DNA of 32,000 nt, from positions 1,050,001 through 1,082,000 of the forward strand of contig NZ_CP076228.1 of the NCBI RefSeq assembly GCF_021378375.1, read 5' to 3'. A program made the position numbers and the translations under genes. Positions 20,634-29,077 of the stretch are shown in pieces. The DNA comes from Wolbachia endosymbiont of Drosophila innubila. Its GTDB lineage: Bacteria; Pseudomonadota; Alphaproteobacteria; Rickettsiales; Anaplasmataceae. The notes under the pieces were generated by a model that saw nothing but the letters and a program-made list of their open reading frames with translations, was not told the origin of the DNA and ran no database searches. The first letter of the stretch is position 1, and each line of letters opens with the position of its first letter.

Positions 20634-21947
20634 ATGCAAGGAAAACTAAACCAGATAGCAGTAAGGGCTAAGCAAGATAAGCGAGTAAAATTTACATCAT
20701 TAGTTCATTTGATTAATGAAGAGAATCTTGCAGAGTGTTATAAGGAACTAAACGCAACAAGGCTTGTAGTATAGATCGTGTGACAGTGGAAGCTTATGGA
20801 GAAAATCTAGAAGAGAAACTTAAAACACTAGTGGATAGTATGAAGAGAAAACAATATCAACCGCTACCAGTGAAAAGGGTATACATACCCAAAGCCGGGA
20901 GCAAAGAGAAGCGCGGTCTCGGAATACCATCAACGGAAGATAAGTTGGTACAGGTAATGCTAAAGAAGATATTAGAAAATATTTATGAAGCAAACTTTAT
21001 GGACAGCTCGTATGGATTTCGACCAGGAAGAAATTGTCATCAGGCGATAAACGCTCTAGATAAAGCAGTTATGCACAAACCAATTAACTATATTGTAGAA
21101 GTGGATATCAAGAAGTTCTTTGATAATGTTCAACATAAATGGCTAATGAATTGTCTAAGGGAACGAATAGCTGACCCAAATTTATTGTGGTTAATAAAAC
21201 GATTTCTAAAGGCAGGAATAGTCGAAGTTGGATGTTATAAAGCAACCGATCAAGGCACACCACAAGGTGGTATAGTAAGCCCTGTATTAGCTAATATATA
21301 CTTACACTATGTGCTGGACTTATGGTTTGAAAAGAAATTTAAGCCAAAAGCCAGAGGATATTTACAGCTAATAAGGTTTTGCGACGATTTTGTAGTTGGC
21401 TGCGAGAGGGAAGAAGACGCAAAAGAATTTCTAGAATTACTGAAACAAAGACTAAGTAAATTTGGGTTGGAAATAGCTGAAAATAAAACAAAAATAGTAA
21501 AGTTTGGTAAGAAAGAATGGTATCAAGCAGAAAGAGAGAAACGTAGGACGGCTAGCTTCAACTTTCTAGGATTTACACATTATTGTGGAAAAAGTCGTAA
21601 TGGTAAACTTATGATGAAGCAGAAAACTTCAAAAATAAGCCTAGCCAGAAAGATTAAAGAAATCAAAGAATGGTTGAAGATGGTACGAAGTCGTATCTGT
21701 TTCAAAGATTGGTGGCAGAAACTTAAAGCCAAACTAACAGGACACTATAGCTACTTCGGAGTTAGCGGAAATTATCGGTGTTTGATTCAATTCTATCGAC
21801 CGGTAACAAAGTTAGCATTTAAGTGGATAAACCGACGTAGTCAAAAGAAAAGTATGGATTGGGAACAATTTATACACTATTTAAAAAGTAAATCCATTAC
21901 CAAAACCAAAGGTATATGTTTCTTTATACACAGGAGCACTAGTGTGA
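20634..21947 (+). pseudogene. ltrA: Group II intron RT/maturase of intron 2, two frameshifts
   Basis: N-terminus (20634: MQGKLNQIAVRAKQDKRVKFTSLVHLINEENLAECYKEL) shifts near 20750 to NKACSIDRVTVEAYGENLEEKL. The core has GFRPGRNCHQA, GTPQGGIVSPVLANIYLHYVLD, LIRFCDDFVVG. An AAAAA run at 21883..21887 shifts away from ...VNPLPKPKVYVSLYTGALV* (stop 21945..21947). Confidence 0.85.
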
Positions 21948-21960
21948 ACGCTGTATTGTG

Positions 21961-21993
21961 GAGCCGTGTGCGGGAAATCCGCAAGCACGGTTC
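21961..21993 (+). ncRNA. Group II intron domain V
   Basis: gagccgtgtgcgggaaatccgcaagcacggttc; matches the GAGCCGU...GAAA...ACGGUUC consensus hairpin. Confidence 0.92.
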
Positions 21994-22184
21994 TTTTGGG
22001 GAGACTATGGTTATGAGACCAAATCGCTGGTTTCAAGGTCATGAGTCTCTACCAGACCTTTATTCTTCTCAGTACCAAAGATACGCTTGAACGCGTAATT
22101 GTTTTTTGGATCTAAAAACTTTGATAAAACCATAAGAAATCCACTTAAAAACCATTAATATTATACACTATTTTCCGCGATCTT

Positions 22185-23072
22185 TCAACTTAATATTCTC
22201 CCTGTATTTACTTGATATGGCACTGTAACCTTTCCGGTTGATCCACTACGGTTTTTTGCAACATTTATCTCTAAGTCGTTATTAGAATCAGCCTTGTAAT
22301 AATTTTCTCTGTAGAGTAATAACACTAGATCAGCATCTTGTTCAATACTTCCTGATTCGCGTAGGTCTGCTAATTGTGGTCTTTTATTTTGTCTGTCTTC
22401 TACCTTACGGCTTATTTGTGATAATGCTACAATAGGAATATTAAAGTCTTTTGCTATATTTTTTAAAGTTCTACTGATTTCTGTTACTTCAAGAGTTCTA
22501 TTTTCGGTTACTTTCGATCCTCTGAGTAACTGTAAGTAATCAATGTATATGCATTTCATTTTATATTTTCTGCAAATTAATGAGATTTTTTTCTTTAGGA
22601 TATTTAAATCCATATTTCCTGAATTATCGACAAGAATATTTAAAAAAACTATTTGATTTATCCCTTTATGTAAAAGTTCTGTGTTTTGTTTCTTGATAAT
22701 ATTGTTTATTGTCTCATTGACTTCAATACTGATCATTCTATTGATTAACTGATTTGCTGACATTTCAAGTGAGAAAAAGCAGACATATTCTTGATTTTTC
22801 AGTAATTTTGCAGCTTGCAGAGCCATGTGTAGTGCTATTGAGGTCTTGCCAATTGAAGTACGAGCTGCAAGCACTGTTAATTCTCCTTCTTTTAAGCCAC
22901 CAGTTATAGTATCAAGTCTAGGTATTCCTGTTGTTATTCCTTCTATTTCATTGTTGTTTGCAAGTAGTTTATTAATGTAGCTTTTATAAGCTTCAAAATA
23001 ATCAATAATTGGCTTGATGTCTTCATCAACATGTGGCATTTGGTCGATCCTGACCACTCCTTCCTGATCCAT
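22185..23072 (-). CDS. Phage-type DnaB-like helicase, C-terminal (RecA-like) domain only
   Basis: GITTGIPRLDTITGGLKEGELTVLAARTSIGKTSIALHMA, 'CIYIDYLQLL', 'LSQISRKVEDRQNKRPQLADLRESGSIEQDADLVLLLYRE'. The N-terminal DnaB domain is absent. Confidence 0.9.
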   Translation of the reverse strand: MDQEGVVRIDQMPHVDEDIKPIIDYFEAYKSYINKLLANNNEIEGITTGIPRLDTITGGLKEGELTVLAARTSIGKTSIALHMALQAAKLLKNQEYVCFFSLEMSANQLINRMISIEVNETINNIIKKQNTELLHKGINQIVFLNILVDNSGNMDLNILKKKISLICRKYKMKCIYIDYLQLLRGSKVTENRTLEVTEISRTLKNIAKDFNIPIVALSQISRKVEDRQNKRPQLADLRESGSIEQDADLVLLLYRENYYKADSNNDLEINVAKNRSGSTGKVTVPYQVNTGRILS

Positions 23073-23255
23073 TCTCTACCTTAAACCGGAGGCTCCTCAA
23101 ACTCTAAATCTTGTTTTCGTCGCCTCTCCCCTAATTATATATTATATATATAATAATATATAATATATAATTTATAGGGGGGTAACCAAAAAAATGAACT
23201 TTCTTTGAGCTGAGCGAAGCCACCTAAGGTAGAGAATGGATCAGGAAGGAGTGGT
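23053..23255. repeat. 31-bp perfect inverted repeat (23053..23083 / 23225..23255) flanking an AT-rich spacer
   Basis: accactccttcctgatccattctctacctta versus taaggtagagaatggatcaggaaggagtggt. Confidence 0.95.
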
Positions 23256-23335
23256 GTATAAAATTATATATATAAAATCTTTAAGATTTTCTGTATAATT
23301 TACTCATGTAACTTGATAAAAAAGGAAGATAGAAT

Positions 23336-23635
23336 CTACTGAAGAGTATATGTATCGATTATCTTCAAAGCCTCTTCATAAATGGTGTCTCTATGCCCTA
23401 CTGCAACAATAGTTACTGCATGCTTTACAGTATTTACGCTATATATGATGCGATAATCACTAACTCTTAGCCTTCTGTGCCCTTTAAAGCTGTGGTGTAA
23501 TGGTTTACCAAGGTTCAATGGATCGACTGTAAGCCGATCATGTATTGCGTCTACAACTCTTGACCTTATCGTTTTTGGAAGGTCCGGAAGATTTTTCTTA
23601 AGAACGTTCCTTAAGAAGATAATAGTGTATTCCAA
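23336..23635 (-). CDS. RelE/ParE-family toxin-like protein
   Basis: 'LKKNLPDLPKTIRSRVVDAIHDRLTVDPLNLGKPLHHSFKGHRRLRVSDYRIIYSV...VTIVAVGHRDTIYE'; overlaps the upstream small ORF. Confidence 0.88.
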   Translation of the reverse strand: MEYTIIFLRNVLKKNLPDLPKTIRSRVVDAIHDRLTVDPLNLGKPLHHSFKGHRRLRVSDYRIIYSVNTVKHAVTIVAVGHRDTIYEEALKIIDTYTLQ

Positions 23636-23847
23636 TCTACATCCTCACTTCTAACCGTCTCTGCACCTTCAACGTCATACTCGTTAGCAACCACAGATAG
23701 TAAAAAGTCTTCCATTTCACGATCTATTGCTTCTTTAAATAGCCTTTCTGCTAATTCTTGAGTTGGCTGCTTAGTGAGCTCAACTAGCTTAGCAAAGTGC
23801 TGCAAAGTTTCTTTACTGAGAGCTATGTTAGTGCTTAAGTTTGCCAT
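23611..23847 (-). CDS. RelB/DinJ-like antitoxin
   Basis: MANLSTNIALSKETLQHFAKLVELTKQPTQELAERLFKEAI...; small acidic C-terminus, overlaps the toxin by 25 bp. The ATG at 23847 is more plausible than the longer track start. Confidence 0.75.
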   Translation of the reverse strand: MANLSTNIALSKETLQHFAKLVELTKQPTQELAERLFKEAIDREMEDFLLSVVANEYDVEGAETVRSEDVDWNTLLSS

Positions 23848-24011
23848 ATGCTTTACCAAAGTTCTACTACTGTAACAATTATACAACATTTTTCTGAACT
23901 TTTCAATAAAGAAAGTTGATGATATGTAAAGAGAATTTTGTGCACCTGTGTTAATAAATTATTAATAATTTGGCATATACTGGAACTGGCTTTTGCTGAT
24001 GTTAGGGAGAA

Positions 24012-26534
24012 ATGACACAAAAGTTAATACTAAGTATAGTATTGCAAGATATTATCAAGAATAAGGAAGGTATGCCAGCTAGTGGGTACTGGATGTATTT
24101 TTATGATAAAAGAAGTCCAACTACTCTTCGTAATGCCTACTACAAGAACCAGGAGGGAAATGTCGTACCGGCACCAAACCCTTTGCAGCTTGATGAAAAC
24201 GGTGCTTTACCTCATAAGTTGTACTACTTTGTCGACGTTGATGATCCTGAAGATCGTTATACCGTAGAACTGAAGTGCAATTACGGTAATGCTGCAGCTC
24301 CTGAACTCATCTTTCATGATCTACCGTACTTTCAAGAACAATCCAAAGCAGATCCAGCTACATCTATATTATCTGATAACTTATTTATTGATGGTCAATT
24401 TAATATTGGTCTACAAATTAATGATAGAGGGCAGGGATCTGGTTATGTTTCACCTGAATTTTCGCAGGTGCCAATTGCTGGACTATCATGGCAGTTTTTA
24501 AGATCTTATGCTGATTCAGTACCGATACAGGATAGAACTGATGTAGACAGGATTTTCATTAAAGACATTACCGAAGCTGAAAGGATCGATGAAGGCAATC
24601 CTCGTTTTTATTTGAACGTTATTTGCGAAAAACCTAGCGAGACAACGCCACCTCTGCAGAAAGCTGTAACATTTAGGAGCTCTAATGTGTTATGGGGTAC
24701 TGATGCCAGAGCTTGGCTGAAGTTCTATGCTTGGAGAGGTGGTGATGATATAATAGTTAATTTACTGGCAATTCGTGATTTTGGTTCAAAATCATCAACA
24801 CCGCCACAAGTTATGTCAATTGATCAATTTTTAATTGATTCTGATACTCCGAAGGTTTATTACACTAGTTTAAGTTTGCTTGGCTTTGTAATACCTGCAG
24901 ATATTGGCGATGATCAAAGTTTGACATTGAAGTTTTTGTTACCACCGAATCGAGCATTTAATTTTAAAGCGACAAATTTTTATTGTGCAGAAGCCTCATT
25001 GCCAATACATGCAGTTGATTTTAAATACCCAACACAAAATTCTGATTTAGCAAAATCTAATTTATTATTTTCTTCATTTCGAGCAAATAAATATAGCATT
25101 GATAACAGTTACAATGAGCTAGTTTTTACAATTGATGGTCTTAAGTTTGTAGATAATATTGGTGAAATAGTTTCCTACCCAAAAGGAGCAAAAGTCGACG
25201 AGGAAAAGATAAATCTGCTCAAGTGCGATGGTCGCACACTTGATTCAACAGGTATTAGTCCGCTCGGCATTGAATACAAAAGGCTATATAACAAGCTAGA
25301 TCATGCTCCAATTACATTTGATATGCTTAAAACCAAAGACATACCAAATTGGTTTAATGCAATATCAAGTGAGTATATTAAGAAGTTTATTGCGGATAAT
25401 AATGTTAAAGTTAAATTCGAGGGAGATGGAGTAGTAAATCCGAAGCCCGAAGGTGATGATATAGGTCATCTATGGCTAGAAACTACATTCTATGCTAATT
25501 CAGATGTTAACTATGATTTTCAATATGTTGCAGCAGCAAATAGCATAGACCTTACTACTTGTTGTCATACGTTTGACATTACCACTAATTACTTAAGTAG
25601 TGGCATTCTAATGACTAATATGAATTTAAGGGAGATAAAATTTGCGGGTTCTGGTTCTGATTTTCCAGGTTATTTTCAAACTATAACTAAATTAAATTCA
25701 ATTTATAATTATACAAATAATGTTGTGCCATACAATAAAGGTATTGATAAAATAACTGAGCAAACTAAAATAAATTACTCTGTTAAAAAGAATTTTTTTT
25801 ATTTGACAGTAAGTCTTAATTATCAACAATTTCCGTATCCTTCCGGTTTATGTGGATTTTTTAATCCAGTTAATTTTAGTAGTAGAGTTTATGATATTGG
25901 TTTTCCTTTAAATATACCATCGGTTAGCGCTACTTTTTTGCAACACAATAATAATACTACTAGTACTTCACAAAGTTACTTTTTGTTTTCACCATGGTTT
26001 GTGTATTCAATGGCTTCAGTACATGGTACAAGTATTAGTTCTAGTGGTGGAGATTACCCTAGTTTCATTCATGGTGATTCTAGTGATTTATTAATGAAGT
26101 CATGGGGTGATTACGTTATTTACAAACAATCAGCAACGGACAAGAGAACACCAGGAAAACCGAATGTTCTGTTTGCTGGTAAAAATTCAGTGATAACCTA
26201 TGCTATACAGCATAAAGCTTTGTTTACGCAAAGATGCTTGTATGTCTTGAAATTTAAAGAAGTGAAAGCAGGAGACTTTATAGGTCTTAAAACATCTCAT
26301 AACACCCAAACTGGTAACAATTTTAACACAGTAATATGGTGGAGTGTTGATGGTGATGGAAAAGCACCAACTAATGTTACCGCCAAAGAATTTAGAGAAG
26401 TCAAAGCAACAAAAGATACGACACCAGAGCAACTCGCAGACATGATTGCCAATGATATTAACAATAAGGGAACAACTATATTCCACATTCCTAATATCAC
26501 TGACGATAAGTGTGACTACTACATAAGGTGCTAA
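24012..26534 (+). CDS. Putative phage tail-fibre/tail-appendage protein (840 aa)
   Basis: The N-terminus resembles head/tail-binding modules (GYWMYFYDKRSPTTLRNAYYKNQEGNVVPAPNPLQLDENGALPHKLYYFVD...YTVELK). 'VDEEKINLLKCDGRTLDS...GIEYKRLYNKL' resembles a tail-collar motif. The location is a phage-gene block. Confidence 0.6.
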   Translation: MTQKLILSIVLQDIIKNKEGMPASGYWMYFYDKRSPTTLRNAYYKNQEGNVVPAPNPLQLDENGALPHKLYYFVDVDDPEDRYTVELKCNYGNAAAPELIFHDLPYFQEQSKADPATSILSDNLFIDGQFNIGLQINDRGQGSGYVSPEFSQVPIAGLSWQFLRSYADSVPIQDRTDVDRIFIKDITEAERIDEGNPRFYLNVICEKPSETTPPLQKAVTFRSSNVLWGTDARAWLKFYAWRGGDDIIVNLLAIRDFGSKSSTPPQVMSIDQFLIDSDTPKVYYTSLSLLGFVIPADIGDDQSLTLKFLLPPNRAFNFKATNFYCAEASLPIHAVDFKYPTQNSDLAKSNLLFSSFRANKYSIDNSYNELVFTIDGLKFVDNIGEIVSYPKGAKVDEEKINLLKCDGRTLDSTGISPLGIEYKRLYNKLDHAPITFDMLKTKDIPNWFNAISSEYIKKFIADNNVKVKFEGDGVVNPKPEGDDIGHLWLETTFYANSDVNYDFQYVAAANSIDLTTCCHTFDITTNYLSSGILMTNMNLREIKFAGSGSDFPGYFQTITKLNSIYNYTNNVVPYNKGIDKITEQTKINYSVKKNFFYLTVSLNYQQFPYPSGLCGFFNPVNFSSRVYDIGFPLNIPSVSATFLQHNNNTTSTSQSYFLFSPWFVYSMASVHGTSISSSGGDYPSFIHGDSSDLLMKSWGDYVIYKQSATDKRTPGKPNVLFAGKNSVITYAIQHKALFTQRCLYVLKFKEVKAGDFIGLKTSHNTQTGNNFNTVIWWSVDGDGKAPTNVTAKEFREVKATKDTTPEQLADMIANDINNKGTTIFHIPNITDDKCDYYIRC

Positions 26535-26566
26535 CATGAAATAAATTTAAAAATAGGAGAAAAAAC

Positions 26567-26774
26567 ATGATTGAACAAAACAGTAAAATCGATGAAATCG
26601 ATATTGAAATCAGTGAAAAAAATGCTGAAATCGATCATTTTTATGAAGAAACTTTAGAAAAAACGAAAAATATCATCGATGAGGCGATAGCCAAAGGGTA
26701 TACGCTTGGTGATGATGATCGTAAAGTTTTAGAGCTGGTAAAGGCTAATGAGAAATTTGCTGAAAAAGTTCTAA
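26567..26774 (+). pseudogene. Small coiled-coil phage-associated ORF truncated by the IS5-family element
   Basis: MIEQNSKIDEIDIEISEKNAEIDHFYEETLEKTKNIIDEAIAKGYTLGDDDRKVLELVKANEKFAEKVL, then reads into the IS left end. Confidence 0.55.
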
Positions 26775-27687
26775 GAGGTTGTTCGGAAACTAGTAAATTC
26801 AAGCATATTCCCTCTTTAACATAACCCTACTCATAGCTAGGTATATGAAATTCTCAGTGGATGTTGTGAGTAAATCATACTCCTTCGATAGCCTTCTATT
26901 CCTATTAACCCAAGCAAAAGTCCTTTCTACAACCCATCTTCTTGGCTGTACTTTTAAACCCTTGTTCTCTTGTTGGTAGTAGCTCAGGTGGCGTATCTTT
27001 GTGCACCCAAAATCTACATGGAGGCCTTTTAACAATTTCAATATCTATGTCATATTCTTCCTTTATGTGATTCTTTAAATTTCTTCCTTGGTATCCCATG
27101 TCAGCCCACATTTTTTAACTTTAGTATATTTTGTTCTCATATTGTTTAATGCTATTTTAATACCATCTCTATCATTTTCGTTAGCAGCGCCTACGTAACA
27201 ACCTAGTATAAAACCCTGAGTGTCTGTAATTATATGCCTTTTTCTACCCTTTACTTTTTACTTCCATCATAGCTTTGATCCCCCTTTTCTGTAGTCTTTA
27301 CAGATTGACTATCTACTATACAGGCACTCGGCTGCTCATTCTTTCCTATTTTTCTTCTACTATATTTTGTAATTTCATAATTCATTTTCTCAAAAATTCC
27401 CTGCTTCTTCCATTGCCTGAACTGCTCATACACAGTCTTCCATAGCGGAAAATCATTTGGTAAATACCGCCATTGACACCCTGTACGCAATACATAGAAA
27501 ATTGCTTCTAATATTTCTTTTTTGCTATACTTTGGCAGCCTTCCTCCTTTCTTGTATGATACTCTGAAGTGTTTTTCTATTCTTGCCCATTCCCTTTCGC
27601 TTAGATCTGTTGGATACTTTTTTCTCATCTTTACCCCGTACTAAAATTTCAGATATTATAGCCTTTTACTTGTTTCCGGACAACCTC
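26775..27687 (-). mobile_element. IS5-family insertion sequence (ISWpi1-like in size and layout), frameshifted transposase
   Basis: Near-perfect terminal inverted repeats (gaggttgttcggaaactagtaaa / gaggttgtccggaaacaagtaaa). Transposase fragments: MRKKYPTDLSEREWARIEKHF..., VKGRKRHIITDTQGF..., MWADMGYQGRN..., [26 protein letters not shown]. Confidence 0.9.
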
Positions 27688-27689
27688 TG

Positions 27690-28154
27690 ATTATAAATTT
27701 CAAATTTTTTGATAATTTGAATTACGTAAAAATCTATGCAAAGTGGATACACCAAGCTAATCAGGATACATTTCAGAACGCAGAGATCATAATCCCTATA
27801 CCGTTACATAAAATGCGCTTGTTTAAACGTAAATATAATCAAGCAGCACTGCTTGCAAAAGAATTGAGTAAGTTGTCCAATTTATCCTATACGCCATTTG
27901 CAATAAAACGCCTTCGCCATACTGCGCCTCAAGCTGGTCTTTCACTTAAACAGCGTGAAAAAAATTTAAAGAAGGCTTTTAAAACAAGCAACAAGAAAAT
28001 TATCGAAAATAAAATCGTGATATTAGTTGATGATGTGGTAACAACCGGAGCAACTGTAAGATCTTGCTCTCAGGAAATTTTAAACTCCGGTGCAAAAGAA
28101 GTGAGAGTGCTATCACTTGCAAGAACGGTGAATGATTGTGAGGCTATTACATAA
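27690..28154 (+). pseudogene. comF: ComF-family phosphoribosyltransferase-like protein, 5' end missing at the IS junction (may persist from TTG 27717)
   Basis: 'NFKFFDNLNYVKIYAKW', 'IIPIPLHKMRLFKRKYNQAALLAKELSK', PRPP motif 'IVILVDDVVTTGATVRSC'. Lacks the N-terminal zinc-finger region expected in ComF. Confidence 0.8.
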
Positions 28155-28221
28155 AATCTTGGCTTGCTTTTACTATATCCATAAAATTATAATTTATAGT
28201 TGAATAGTTGTTGGGGAGCGT

Positions 28222-29076
28222 ATGAGTATAAAAGAGCAAGAAATTGATGCTATATTCCAAGAAATAGAGCAAGAATCAAAAGAAAGTGACATAATTGAAG
28301 AAATTAAGCAAAAGCTGCTCGCATGTAACCAAGATACATACAATCAGTGGAAAAGACTTAATTTTCACATAGATCATTTATTTGAAATACGGCAAGAGAT
28401 TACCCATGCTTCTAGGTATTATACTACTGCGTTAAACATTGCTGCTCATAAAGGCTTAGTAAAAACAGTAAGACGTCTACTGGAGAAAGGTGCAGAGGTT
28501 AGTACACGCGATGGTGGTGGACACACTGCTCTGCATTGTGCCGCTAGCAGCGGTAATACGGAAATAATAGAATTACTACTGGAGCAAGGAGCACATATTC
28601 ACTCATGTTCTAAACTTGGCTCAACACCGCTGCATTTTGCTGCTACTAATAATCATATAAATGCAGTGAGGTGCCTGTTAAATAAAGGAGCTAGTCCTTT
28701 AGCACTAGATAATAATAATTCCATTCCCAGTATGTTTGCTACAGACAAAGAGGTGATTGCTGTCTTGGAGAAAGCAGAAGAAGAGAAGCATAAGGAAAAT
28801 GCTGCTGCTTTAAAGAAAGCAGAAGAAGAAAAACATAAGAGAGAAATGGAATGTAAGAAAAAAAGGCAAGCAAAAATGATTGCTGTAGGTGGTATTGCAA
28901 CTGCATTGATAGTGGCGGGTATTGGATACATTGTTGAATTACCTATACTAGTAACTATTGGTATATCTGTATCCATTGCATTAGTATCTGTTTGCATTGC
29001 GTACGTAATGTCAAAACCTAACACTAAAATGGAAGGAACAGAGAGCTCTGTACAGGAAATTGGTCAGAGTATATAG
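28222..29076 (+). CDS. Ankyrin-repeat protein with C-terminal transmembrane segments
   Basis: Repeats 'GGGHTALHCAASSGNTEIIELLLEQGAHI', 'LGSTPLHFAATNNHINAVRCLLNKGASPL'; charged linker; two hydrophobic helices (MIAVGGIATALIVAGIGYIV / LVTIGISVSIALVSVCIAYV). Confidence 0.92.
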   Translation: MSIKEQEIDAIFQEIEQESKESDIIEEIKQKLLACNQDTYNQWKRLNFHIDHLFEIRQEITHASRYYTTALNIAAHKGLVKTVRRLLEKGAEVSTRDGGGHTALHCAASSGNTEIIELLLEQGAHIHSCSKLGSTPLHFAATNNHINAVRCLLNKGASPLALDNNNSIPSMFATDKEVIAVLEKAEEEKHKENAAALKKAEEEKHKREMECKKKRQAKMIAVGGIATALIVAGIGYIVELPILVTIGISVSIALVSVCIAYVMSKPNTKMEGTESSVQEIGQSI

Positions 29077-29077
29077 G

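Larger units (their letters stand above)
20141..22053 (+). mobile_element. Group II intron 2 (3' end approximate)
   Basis: 5' GTGCGCC at 20141, RT ORF, canonical domain V at 21961, followed by a long DVI-like stem (GAGACT...AGTCTC) ending near 22053. Confidence 0.82.

Noticed and set aside
21945-22090. Maturase ORF of intron 2 appears to read through domain V and beyond the intron end
   Set aside because: The natural C-terminus (VNPLPKPKVYVSLYTGALV*, stop 21945..21947) lies in another frame. A +1 in the AAAAA run at 21883..21887 causes the artefactual extension.
28222-29076. Ankyrin gene as part of a cytoplasmic-incompatibility (cif-type) module
   Set aside because: No cifA/cifB-like partner (deubiquitinase or nuclease ORF) is adjacent. 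It is a simple ankyrin-TM protein next to murE.
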